DNA of 64,000 bases from NCBI GenBank assembly GCA_977862235.1, contig OZ374562.1:1922001-1986000 (forward strand), written 5' to 3'. The DNA comes from Dudresnaya verticillata. Taxonomy: Eukaryota. Shown piece after piece: positions 12,289 to 23,829 of this stretch (position 1 is the stretch's first letter; each line of letters starts with the position of its first letter). The position numbers and the translations under genes are program-made. The notes under the pieces are model-generated. The model did not search any database and was not told the origin of the DNA. It saw nothing but the letters and a program-made list of their open reading frames with translations.

Positions 12289-15200
12289 CTAGATGCCATC
12301 CCCGCTTCGCTGCCAAATATGCTCTATCAGGTCATGTTTGAGAGACATATAGTCTACTGCGCTCGATATCCTCGTCTCTCTTCTGTCCACCGCTGCAGCC
12401 CATATTCCATCCGTTACTACTTGACCGAGGCCCTCCATTGCGCTTCGAGACTGCCACTCGAACGAGAGGTTCCCAAACATGGCGCGTGCCTCTTCGTGCA
12501 TGGCGACTGACGCTATACCACTACTGTAGCTGTCACGGCGCGCTTCGACGACCATGTTGTGTATTATGATGCACGCCTTCATGACCGTCGCGATGTCGCT
12601 TCTATACCACAGCCTGGATGGACGCTGCAAGATGTGGAAGCGTGCAACAAGAACGCCGAACGCACGCTCGATGTCCTTGCGAACGGCCTCTTGAGCCGCC
12701 GCAAATGCCTTCTCCTTGTTCGTACTGCCCTCTTGAATGGTCTTGACAAAAATAGCCCATCTAGGATAGATACCATCCGCCAAATAGTACGGTAGCGTCC
12801 GTTCTGTGCCTCGAATCTTGTACCGAACGTTGGAAGGGAAATGGCCAGCCAGTATACGTTCTATGGTAGATGAATGGTCCAACACATGTATGTCGTTCAG
12901 CGATCCAGGACTGCCAAAGAAGCAGTGCCATATCGAAATGTGTGATTTATTTAGAGACGCCTCAGTGTCCTAAGTTGTAGCTACGCTACACTATGTGGCA
13001 AGGGAGTACGTCTTCAACCTTCATGCAAACTCTAAAACATATTCGGTACTACATGCTTCCAATGCGATGATTTGCTAACTTGGTTTGCGCTTCTTGGTCG
13101 TTCTGTGCACGGGACTCAAATCCTCGCGTTTGCGCTTCTGACCAACACAGTTTTGGTCATCTAAGACATCCAGAAATGCCTTCAGACTATCTAGGAGTCG
13201 GGCTTGCACGCCCGCATTCCAACGCTTCACACTCAATCCAGACTCAATTCGGGCTTTGTGCAACCTGTAGACCTCGGGACCAAGTCGAGTCTTGAGGACA
13301 TCCGCTTTTCCGGGAAATGACCCACAATACCATCGAATCCCGGCATCTCGCAGCTTACGATCCCTAATGTGTAGAATCGGAACGAATCCAGAGTCGGGAA
13401 CTGGAATGCGCCGCCGACGTTGGCGACACAGGCCCTCCCACGAATCACGGAGATCCTGGTTCCTCATGTCCAGAGGACTCTTATTCTGCGCCCGGAAACT
13501 TCGGAATTCTAACATATCTGTCATGGCGAGCACGTCGCCACAGTTGCGGTGAGCTCGTTTTGTGAGGCGTTTACCAAGACTGCGAAGGCGCAGACGGATA
13601 CGCTGCAACCAGTCCGGCAGCTTGGCCATCTTCAAATGACGTGGTAGGCGCCCGCACCCAAGTGCAAATTCTGCCACTTTGTAGTCCAGCAACTCGAGTT
13701 GATGACTCAAATCGCACTTGCCGGCCGTGTCGATCGGCATCAAATGGGTGCTAAAGTCCGCAACTGGGTAGATATACGTGCGGCAGATGTCCACAAGTCG
13801 TGCGCTAGGCACATATTTGCGGTGTACGCCGACCGCCTTGAGTAAGTTTAGGCGTTGATGAGCCGCCTTAACTCGTTCCAAATTCTTGTCAGGTGCCAGT
13901 TTGGTACCTTTCAGAGTCACTCCCAGGTACTTTGCAGTGTCTACCACGTCAATTTTCTGACCATTCAGGTAGTACATTGCTCGTTTGGTGCAGTTTTCGG
14001 GCTCCAAAACATGGCATTTTGAAGTTCCCCACTGCATACCTTCAAGATCAGCCCATTTCGTGGACGCATCTAAGGCCGTTTGGAGGCCGGTACTAGTCTT
14101 GGATCGGAGCTTGACGTCGTCAGCAAAGATCGTAATGTCGATTTCTTCAGCACTTTCGGAGGCCGACATTGACAAATCCATGAACTCAGGATACGAGTCC
14201 ATGTTGACATTGTACAAAGTCGGACTCGAAGACACGCCTTGAGGCACACCCCGCGACACAATTGCAGTGGTGCCGGTGATATCGCCCTTGGTAACTACTG
14301 TTGCTGGTTGTAACTCCAGAGCGACCATTGCCGCCGTGGTAGGTGACATCTTCTGATTCACTTTCGACATCAACCGCTCGCGGGGTACTGTATCGTATGC
14401 CGACTTCAAGTCGAGCACGGCCGTGTACCGGAATCCAGCTTTTGTGCTGGCTGCATGCCTTAAGATGGCGGTTTCGGTACCAGTTTTCTCACGGAACCCC
14501 AACTGAGTCGGATGAAACTGGTACTCCTTACGAATCATAGACGCGATTGCCTTTGAAAGCATTTGTCGTCCGTGCGACACTAGCGCAATCGGTCGATAGC
14601 TGGTTGGGTCCGATTTGGGACCCCGTTTGTAAATTGGCACCAGCAGGGATGTTTGCCAATCTTGCAATAGGTACCCGAGCTGACTGCATTTCACCCAAAA
14701 GAGTCCCAAGACATGCGCAAAGGACTTTGGGGCGACCTTGAATGCTTCGCTGAAGACTTCATCCGTGCCTGTGGCCTTCTTCGGTTTGGCCTTGACTATA
14801 GCACGGAAAACGTGAGATTCGAAGTTTCGGGAAGTTTCGAAGGGCACAATGGGCGGAATATGTCCTTTTCCAGCCCCTGTCGCGAGGTGTTTTGTAAAGT
14901 TGGCCAGGTCCAACTTCCCAATTGGTTGGTCTCTCCGAGAACCAAGTGGGCCGGATGCGTTTCGGAGCACGGCCTTAACCATTTTGGGACCATCAGTAGG
15001 GTCGGAGGACAGGAGAGCTTCTGTCAAACGCAACTTGCATCGCCGTTTATTGCGATGCACAAGTGCGCGAACCCGTCGATTGAGGGTCTTGTACTGTTCC
15101 CAAGCCTCCGCCATATCCACAGCTCTGCGTCACAGATTGCTTCAAGCACTATGGTGGGCTTCTTCTCTTTACCCTTAAACTGTATAGCCCAGGCAATCGG

Positions 15201-15794
15201 ACAGTTCTTCCATTCCCAGTGCTGGCAGTCTATGGACCCAATGCAACCAGGGAAGCCTCTCGCCTCGTTGATTGCCATGATACGCTTGAGGTCACCTTCT
15301 GTGGGCTCACGAAGGAATTCCTGTCCAAACTCATCAATAATGACCTGGCAGAACTCCTTGAGTGACTGTAGCACAGAGTCCTCAGACATTTCTAGGTACT
15401 CGTCTAGCGCATCTGTCGCAACGCCATATGCCATCATCCGCAGAGCCGCGTTTACTCGTAGAAGCGGATGAATGCCTTCCTTCTTGGCACAGTCGGACCG
15501 TTGAATAAAAATTCTTTTACCACATACTGTACTGTAGATCTTCTCGAAGACGCGGCCTGGGATTCGGAATCTGCGCTCAAAGTTGACCTCGCTGTACTTC
15601 GCTTGAGAACCGAAGTAGTCGCTGCGCAATCGCTGCAGCGCGGCTGCAAATTCTCGACGTTTGTTCTGTTGTTTGCCGAGCTTCGCCCCAGTCCGCCGTG
15701 ACAAGCCCGATTGCGCCTTCTTGATAACTGGCACGATGTCTGTGGCCATCAAATACGAGAAGTTCTCGTCATCACTAGAGTCCTCGTCCTGCAT
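12289..15794 (-). pseudogene. Harbinger transposase split by the LINE (pieces 15794-15110 and 12926-12289)
   Basis: GFPGCIGSIDCQHW...EAICDAELWIW|HCFFGSPGSLNDI...YYLADGIYP...RKDIERAFGVL; the frame rejoins after removing the insert. Confidence 0.92.
12935..15109 (-). mobile_element. 5'-truncated non-LTR retrotransposon (LINE-type RT, ORF ending 13075)
   Basis: YRPIALVS, DLKSAYD, GVPQG and FADD RT motifs; 8-bp TSD GCCATATC (12927-12934 / 15110-15117); AATAAA near the 3' end. Confidence 0.92.
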
Positions 15795-16029
15795 TGTGTC
15801 GAAGTTGCTAGGGCAGGACGAGGAAGGAGCACTGTGGTCCGGATACGGTTAGAAATAAATTCAACCGGTAGAGTTTACACAGTCGTCGTATACACACCCA
15901 AATACCTATCTTCAGACTATTAGATTCACCCAATGAGCGCGGAACATATGGTGAAAAAATGCGCGTTAGAAATATAATTTACCGTACCGGTAAAAACGCT
16001 CTAAGAGCATTTCCGGCTCTGTTACACTT

Positions 16030-16349
16030 AATCGGCCCCTGAGTAGCAGGGGCCTTCTGAATAGAACCCTACGGTGGGTTTGGGTCTTTTTCACCTTTCT
16101 GGAATTCACGGACTCACCGTACCTTTTTCCCCTTTCAGGCGCTCTACGAGCCTATTCTCCGCACGACGGAAGCTCTGCGTGAGCTGGGTAGCGCCGCCCT
16201 TCCCTTTTCCCCTTTTTCCTAGGCTTCGTGCCTTTTTCCCAAGTCTCTACCAACACCCCTTTCCCCCGAGCTACCGAAGCTAGTGCTGGCCATAGGACAG
16301 GTGTCCTGGTTATTTCCGTTCTACCTGGCCCCGTGGCCTTTCTACTACA
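16030..16349 (+). mobile_element. LTR 3' fragment (family D)
   Basis: Ends TCTACTACA; shares twin hairpins, CGTACCTTTT, GCGCCGCCCT and CAAGTCTCTACCAA with 60085-60400. Confidence 0.55.
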
Positions 16350-16714
16350 GATGACGCCGGGTGCGCGGGGCTATCGAAAGCGAGGCTCGACCGTATCCGC
16401 GGTCACGAAGACGAAGACACCGAACTCGAAGAAACAGGCGTTTACCGAAGACTCCGAGGTCCGGGCGCTAGTCGCTTGCCGAAAACCCTCGGAAGTTGTG
16501 CCAGACGACTGGCTAAGTAATACTACGTGAGCACGAATACACGTCAACGCGGGAGACGGTTCGTACTCGAGTGATTCGTAACGGCCTCGGTGCCAACGAA
16601 CGGTCATCTCACGTATGGTGGCGGTTACGAAGTGCGCCAGAGATGCATACGGAGGTGCATGCGCGTCGTGGGCCGCGGTGCCGTTACCCGCAGGAAACAA
16701 CGGGAAGATCACGA

Positions 16715-16930
16715 AGGTGTCAGCGATTTCGTATCGGGTGCGCACTGTAATGCGAATGTCATCGTGGCGCGCTCGATCACGAAGTCCGCTCGGAATTCTT
16801 TCCGAGGTGTCAGCGATTTCGTATCGCGTGCGTGCTGTAATGCGAATGCCATCGTGGCACACGCAGAGTATGAGCACTGTAATACGTTTGCCATCGTGGC
16901 GTGCGCATTCACGGAGTCACTTCGAAATTC
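16715..16930. repeat. ~90-bp imperfect tandem duplication plus partial third copy
   Basis: AGGTGTCAGCGATTTCGTATCG...CTGTAATGCGAATG at 16715 and 16805. Confidence 0.75.
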
Positions 16931-16982
16931 GTATTTCTCGATTATTTTCTCGTAGACCACGGAGTCGTTTTACGCACAGCGT

Positions 16983-17629
16983 CTATACCACAGTCGCGTT
17001 ATCGAGGTCGACCGTCTCAGCGTTGGCGGTCTCTGACGCATCTCTCTCGGTTGCGATTCGGTCCGCGTGCCGCAGCAACTCGGGACAGACTTCAAAGATG
17101 AAGTCCCCGAGGGACTGAACCTTATTCAGAACAGTTCGGAACTTGTCAACTCCACCAAACTTGTCCATGCTTTCCAGAAGATCACTCCGCTGGCGCATTC
17201 GCCACGCGATGAAATCATTCACGGCCAAATTCTTGAGAGTCTGAGATACTAGTTTCTGCTCCCAATTCAGGACGGACGATGGCGAGCGCAGTACGGCGCA
17301 GTATTGAGTGCCGCCGTCAACCCCACCTTTGGTTTTTGAGTACAGAGATTGAGAACAGTGCCTAAACAGCTTGAGTGGCGGAAGTGGTCCATTTTCCTTC
17401 ACGCAGGTATTGACGACCTTCCAAAACGACAGACGCTCCTGAATTACACGACGCGAGTCCGAGTCTGCGAATGCTGGGGCGCTCACATCGCTGCAGTGTG
17501 CCCAGGACACTGCCTGCACTGCAACTAGATTCAGCGTGACCAGACACTGCTCAGAAACGAACGTCGGAACTTTGGCCACAGCAGCGTATAAAATTCCTCT
17601 CTCTCCTGTGGCTATGTAAACGACGTACC
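16983..17629 (-). pseudogene. piggyBac-like transposase C-terminal fragment, cut by LTR B
   Basis: LYSKTKGGVDGGTQY resembles piggyBac YNKTKGGVD, followed by W...L.N.AVN.FIAW. Confidence 0.6.
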
Positions 17630-18467
17630 TGTGGTGCAACGCCCGAACAAGGGCGCAACCCCAGAACCAGACTCCGAGTGGTCCTCCCACGGGTTGGTAG
17701 CAGGCGACGGCGGTGAAGACGACGCCGGTTGGGTGGTAGAGCTAGGGACACGGGTTGTGCCCCGGATGGTTGAAACGTGGACGGGTCGACTGTAAACCCC
17801 CGGCCCACGTAGGAGTGCTGTAGTGCACGAAGAACGATGAAGGCGATTACGCCGGTGAGTACTGTTGAAGCCAGGCAGTAGAACGGGGTACATAAGCCCA
17901 AGTCGCGCACGGTGTCGTCACCGGGTGCGAAGGTGGGGGTATCCTCGAGTTCCTAGGCCTGCCTGGCGCTTTACTGTGAGCGGGGTTCACCCCGTATACT
18001 AAGTATCCCCCGCGGGAGATGCGCGCGCGTGTGTGGCGCCGTGCGCTTGACACTTAGCATGCGCGCGCACCGCGAGCTCACTCAAATATCGCGCAAAAAT
18101 ACCTAGCGTAGAAATACTACTACCGCACTGTAAATCAGTGTAATCTAAGGGTGCGCATTGCTGGGGCGCACCCGAGCGAGGATTCCCTCGGATATATTCG
18201 GCGCGCGTGTTACGCGTGTACACGTGGAGACGTGTCGCCCGTGTGTGCTGTTGGCGCGTGCTGTACGGGCGCGCGCGCACCGTGCCAAGGGCGCGTTCCC
18301 CATTGGTCGGATCTCGCACGCGCGGCATCCGCGCACAGGCCCATCCAAGCTGCCGGTAATCGGCGTATGTTATAGTCGCGGGTGCTCCGCGTGTACCGTC
18401 GTCCGCTCACCGCGCGAGCGGGTGTAGCGATATAAAACGGGGTTTTCCCCAGGGGTCTTGCACCACA
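17630..18467 (-). repeat. 3' LTR, family B (838 bp)
   Basis: TGTGGTGCAA...TTGCACCACA termini; reverse complement of 19403-20241. Confidence 0.92.
18431..18437 (+). promoter_or_regulatory. Candidate antisense TATA box in the U3 end of LTR B
   Basis: TATAAAA pointing out of the LTR toward the accessory ORF ATG at 18740. Confidence 0.4.
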
Positions 18468-18481
18468 TCGCCCCCCTCCGA
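18468..18481 (-). other. Polypurine tract
   Basis: GGAGGGGGGCGA immediately 5' of the LTR TG on the minus strand. Confidence 0.8.
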
Positions 18482-18739
18482 AGAGCGAAACCCGCGGTGC
18501 CGGCACTCATCTTCCAGTGTCATCACCCTGCCTGCGGAGTCTTCTCCGATTGTATCGCGCAGCAACAATCCCGCCGCCGTCTTGACGACTCGTCTGTTGG
18601 CTGACCGCGGCTCTCCGCTTTCCAACTTGGACGACTTGTGTGTGCGCACAACGTGTGTGCTTGGCCGCGTTAGTCGTTGCACGGCTCCCCGCGTATTCCC
18701 TCACCAGGCCCTTTCGCGGAAATCCGCTACACGGCAACT

Positions 18740-21700
18740 ATGAGCCAACCGCCGTCGGCAGTGGCGCCGGGTGCGACGGAAGCTGAGGATTTCTCGGAGA
18801 TCCAGCCCAACACGTCGGAGCCTGCGTCCACGTTCGCCCCGGTGCCGCAACCCGCGTTGGCTGCTGCGCACGTGACCGCCGACCTACCGGCCATCCCACG
18901 TCTACCACCGGTTCCTGCCCCGTCTCCATCGGCTCCATTCATGACGTCACCACCTCCGCCAACACCGACGTCGTTGTTACAGGAAATGGGGAATGCCCCG
19001 GTATCAGGGTCCCAATCATCTCATCTGTCGCCGTCGACGTACGCGGCGGCCTCGTCATCGGGGTTTGTCCCCATTCCTGTCGCACCGGCCCCGCCGACCA
19101 TCGAGTACCCGCGTCCGGCGGAGTTCGTCGGCATGGAGGTGGCGCAGGATCTTGACTTGTTTGCGCGTGCACTGTGGTTTCACCCACGCGACTGTCGAGC
19201 GATGAACATCATCGGGCGTTACGGTGTCGGCGGTTACTTGCCAGGGGGTCTCCCCGTCGATGTACTGCAGTCGGAAGACTGGCGCCTCCACGGGGCGATC
19301 CCAATTCACCACCTCAACGACCGGCACCGTCCCCTAGACGTAGTATTCCGCGATTGGGTTCGCCTTGTCTACCGGCGTCATACGAGCACCATCGGTCGTG
19401 GGTGTGGTGCAAGACCCCGGGGGAAAACCCCGTTTTATATCGCTACACCCGCTCGCGCGGTGAGCGGACGACGGTACACGCGGATCACCCGCGACTATAA
19501 CATACGCCGATTACCGGCAGCTTGGATGGGCCTGTGCGCGGATGCCGCGCGTGCGAGATCCGGCCAATGGGGACCGCGCCCTTGGCACGGTGCGCGCGCG
19601 CCCGTACAGCACGCGCCAACAGTACACACGGACGACACGTCTCCACGTGTACACGCGTAACACGCGCGCCGAATATATCCGAGGGAATCCTCGCTCGGGT
19701 GCGCCCCAGCAATGCGCACCCTTAGATTACACTGATTTACAGTGCGGTAGTAGTATTTCTACGCTAGGTATTTTTGCGCGATATTTGAGTGAGCTCGCGG
19801 TGCGCGCGCATGCCAAGTGTCAAGCGCACGGCGCTACACACGCGCGCGCATCTCCCGCGGGGGATACTTAGTATACGGGGTGAGCCTCCCTCACAGTAAA
19901 GCGCCAGGCAGGCCTAGGAACTCGAGGATACCCCCACCTTCGCACCCGGTGACGTCACCGTGCGCGACTTGGGCTTACGTATCCCGTTCTACTGCCTGGC
20001 TTCAACGGCACTCACCGGCGTTATCGCCTTCATTGTTCTACGTGCGCTACAGCCCTCTTACGTGGGCCGGGGGTTTACAGTGGACCCCGTCCACGTCTCA
20101 ACCAGCCGGGGCACACCCCGTGTTCCTAGCTCTACCACCCAACCGGCGTTGGCCTCACCGCCGCCGCCTGCTACCACCCCGTGGGAGGACCACTCGGACT
20201 CTTGTTTTGGGGTTGCGCCCTCGTTCGGGCGTAGCACCACAGTGGGGTCATCGCGCCGGACCTCGGCGTTGATTACGCGGTATACCGCACGAATGGTGAG
20301 GTGGATTACGTGTGGAATCTGGCCGGTTTAGACCTCCCTCAGGCTTGGCGCGGGCGTGAGCCGCGGGTCTCGCAGGCGGCGTTACTATTTGACGTCCAGT
20401 TGCGGAATGAGTTTCGCTACCTCCGCAAGCGCGGTAGCCTCTTTTGGGACAAGATCCGCTTCGAACGTCGTGAACGCTCACGTCTCGGCATCTTTATTCC
20501 CTATCCCCACGTCGAAGCTTCCCTCTTCAGAATGGTGTACCGCCGACGGTACTACATCGGCATACCGCTCGCCTGGGCATCAGTCGAAACCTGCGAGGGC
20601 TTCCTCGTAGAGTTGCCCAACGTGTTCGGGTATTGCATGAGCGAGTTCTTACGGAACCCGAACACGGGGTTGTGGACGGTGGCCTACACCGAATTCATCG
20701 CGAAGATCACCACGCATTGGCTTTGGGAGACGTATGATACCCTGCGCTTGTGGTTCTTACCTCCGACGGTGACGTCCCTTCTAGATGAGTTGGACCTCCG
20801 CACCGTGCTCGGTGGGCAAAGTAACGACGACGAACTTCGCAGATTACTGCAGCTTCATAGCACTATTGATTGGGACGATCCCGCGGTGGTGCCGCTGTCA
20901 AATTACAAACGCAGTAATCTGCGGCGTAACTTTTCGCCGGGTCGGCGTCACCCCACCTGCGGAGGTTTTGTCTGGTATGACCCCTGGCGACGCCAGCTCG
21001 TTGGCGAACACGAAGCGCGGTTTCACCGCGAACACCCGGTGCCGATGCCGGCGGATTATCCCACCGACTACCTGTACGATGCGATGGAGCAGGGTGTTGA
21101 TGAGGAGGGTAGCGGAGATTTCCCCGATGGTTATAACGTCCGCTTTTCGGGTCCCGACGTCTCTGCTCCCCCGACGTCATATGCCGATTTGGACGGCCCG
21201 CGGTCCCACGCACAACGCGAGTTGCGCGAGGGTGCGGAGTCGTCAGCTATGGGCATGGTTGTTCGGGATGCTACTGCTTCATCGCCGGAGAGAACTCCGA
21301 GGTTGCCTGATGCGCCGCTGGTCGATGCAACCGCAGAGGCCGTCACCCCGATTAACACGGGTGCCACTGGTGGCACACCCGGGCCCACCCGGCTCGCTAT
21401 GGGTGACTTTTTGCAGCGTTCCGGGGTTGAACTCGACTTGAATCTCTCGGAGCGTGAGCTCGGAGAGCGGCTTAGCGCTATTCTCACGGCTACTGCACAC
21501 GAAGCTGGCGATGGTGGGGCCCGTTCACACGCGCCACCTGCGATGGAGTCGACTCCGGTTAACAGGGCGTCCAACCCCCTCGGGTACAGAGCGGCGATGG
21601 GCACGTAGTTGGCTCCAGGGGCCGCGAGCGCGACTGCAGGTCATGAACCCATGGACGTAGCTCCGGGGAACCCGCCGAATGAGGCGGAGTTCGCCCTAGA

Positions 21701-21791
21701 GAAGGGTGGCGAGGCGACGGACACCAATGCTGAGCCCGGCGGTGATATCACTGGTGATCCCATGTTTGCATGGATGAAGCGCACGGATTAG
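18740..21791 (+). CDS. Antisense accessory protein of chromovirus B (~674 aa to 21608, ~735 aa if the TAG is a mutation), interrupted by a solo LTR; function unknown
   Basis: Removing 19403-20241 plus one TSD copy gives a continuous frame ...TIGRG-VIAPDLGVDYAVYRTNGEVDYVWN...; Pro/Ser-rich N-terminus, Trp-rich globular core, acidic tail. Confidence 0.8.
19403..20241 (+). mobile_element. Solo LTR, family B
   Basis: TG...CA termini; TSD GTGGG (19398-19402 / 20242-20246). Confidence 0.93.
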
Positions 21792-21850
21792 CCGCGTATA
21801 TTGGCGTCGGTGCCAGTGCCGACGGGCCCACTGTGAAGCATATAGTCGTA

Positions 21851-23480
21851 GTCGAAGCGGGCGATCCGCGTGGAAATGTTCGTTGTTTGGTCAACGTGAA
21901 ATAAAAACCAACTTGCTTAGTTATCCGTGTTTTGGACACTCATTGAGTAACAACGTTGCTGGTTCAACTTCCAAGGTAGGTTCGACGAGTTCCAACGTTA
22001 GGTAGAATCCGAGCGGTCTAGCCGCGGGTGAATACTCGTTGCTTGTCAACGCCCAAACCATGAGCTTATCCTGGCGAAGCATGCTCACGTTAGTGTAGCG
22101 GAGGCGGTTGATCCGCGCGAAGGTTAGTCAAAATGAATACGCTCGATTGCACGTTAGGCGCCCGAGGGCAAGACCCGTTAACGAGACTCACGACCATTTC
22201 GCATCGGACACTAACAGTCGTTGAGCGGGACTTCCGCGCCTCGGTACGTGTTGGCTAGCAACGCTGCTAAGTCACCCTTCCAGCTTTGCCACCAGGCGAG
22301 GAGCTCTATAAGGTGTGGCGAGAGCGGAGTCGTGGGGATCCACTGTATCATTACCATGTTGCCACGCCGTTTGGTCATTCGTGTTGTCTGAACGGTACGT
22401 ATCGCATGAAGCGGTTGCCCGCGTAAAGCAACGCGATGTCATTAGCGTTAGCATCCGTGTCCGTGGTCGTAATTCAAGCGGTCTGCCCGCGTGGAGATTC
22501 CCGCTGATGATCAGCGTGAAGACAGCCAACGCTTGTCTCGCCACTGAACCTTGAGGGGGAACGATCTTATTGGGTCCATATTGATGCCCGTTCTTGCGGA
22601 GGCTCCGCGTTTTGCTATCAGCGGACGTAATCCCTCCGCGTATCGGTACCCGTTCGCGGGCAGAATAAGTCATTAATACGATCGTCGTGTCCACGTTAGG
22701 GTCGACGCACTGGCGCATTTCCAAGCTATGCGGTGATGGCCGGATCACGCGGGGAGCCACGATCGCTGTTAGTGCGTCGTTGCTACTCGTTGATGTACAA
22801 CGTCGTCTTGTCTGGTTTGCCGTAGCAGGTGACGGTTTTCGCATTTGCGTAGTAGCGGTCTTCGTGTGGTGCCACAGTAACAATTTTCTTCATAGGCCAT
22901 GGTAGATTATTCGTCGTATGTCAGCGTTATTAAAATCACGCCTTCTGGGCGCAGGGTCTCATTCGCCCCGTAGGTGATCTTGGCCTCACATAGGGTGCCA
23001 TTACGGCACCGAATTAGCGGTGGTCGAAGCGGTCCGACCGCGTTAAAGTCCGCTGTTGGGCAACGTATGGGAGTCACCTCCCCCGACATCGAGTCCCGTT
23101 GGGCGGTCATCAGTGTATTTGCGTCGTGGGGAATGCCTCGCCTGGAGTTCACACGGGGCGTAGCAACAACAGTCATGAAGAGAGCGGTCTGCCCGCGTGA
23201 TGATGTTCGTTGGTAGACAACCTGAGTCGGACCGGACGGGTTAGCTTAAAACTTCGCCTCGTGCCATAGCTGGCGTTAGTTCCCGACACCATGGATCCTT
23301 CGCGTGATGATATTGGTCGTAACGCTCCATCCGCATAATGATACTCGTTGGTCCTCAACGTCGTTTCATCTTTCCTGCCGTAGGGGGCGTCGGCCGGCCT
23401 GTAATATTGCGTGTTCGCGACGCGCGGTGGTAACGGCCGACGTGTGGACTACGGTTTGCTATTCGTTGTGATCCAACGCG
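21851..23480 (+). repeat. Interspaced array of a bipartite palindromic motif GCGG-N5-CCGCG-N10-CGTTG-N5-CAACG (~12 full or partial units)
   Basis: Second-half motif starts at 21881, 22037, 22249, 22434, 22502, 22651, 22788, 22912, 23051, 23208, 23346 and 23464; spacers are unique. Confidence 0.8.
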
Positions 23481-23535
23481 TTATAGCTGCTTTCGTCACT
23501 TGGGCTGCCGCTGTAACCGCTCCTGTTGAGGCAAC

Positions 23536-23829
23536 TCAACCCACCATGGCGCGGTGTAAGTCGTTGGGCGTTCCCAGCCTAGCCCTACGGCAATAGCGCA
23601 GGACCTGACTGCGAGGTAGGTTTTCGATCGGCTCGAGTGTGTTCGCGGAACTTGGATATCCAAACCACTTGAGCTCGTAGAGAGTACCCTCGTTAGCGTA
23701 TTCGTGGTTAACCACTTTCTCGATGACAAACATTGTACGCGGAGCTCCCGTAGTGGGGTGTACAGTAGATGGTGCCGTTACTGTAGAGCGAGGATTGGCC
23801 TCAGCATGAGGAGTCGTGGGTATGACCAC
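23536..23829 (-). CDS. Chromodomain at the integrase C-terminus (fragment)
   Basis: FVIEKVVNH...YELKWFGYPSSANTLEPIENL. Confidence 0.85.
   Translation of the reverse strand: MVIPTTPHAEANPRSTVTAPSTVHPTTGAPRTMFVIEKVVNHEYANEGTLYELKWFGYPSSANTLEPIENLPRSQVLRYCRRARLGTPNDLHRAMVG

Larger units (their letters stand above)
10790..16001. mobile_element. Full-length PIF/Harbinger DNA transposon containing a LINE insertion
   Basis: TIRs GAGCATCTCTACCG / CGGTAAAAACGCTC (11/14 match); TAA TSD at 10787-10789 and 16002-16004; convergent Myb-like ORF and transposase. Confidence 0.9.

Noticed and set aside
17630..20241. DNA transposon or DIRS element with long terminal inverted repeats
   Set aside because: The second copy has its own 5-bp TSD and the first has a PPT, so these are two independent LTRs.
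22272..22883. 203-aa ORF within the array
   Set aside because: No recognisable domain; the array motif continues beyond it regardless of frame.
21851..23480. Bona fide CRISPR array, or hammerhead / box C/D RNAs (TGATGA at ~22505, 23198, 23305)
   Set aside because: Repeats are degenerate with irregular spacing, there are no cas genes, and TGATGA occurs in only a few units without the rest of the hammerhead core or a consistent box D.
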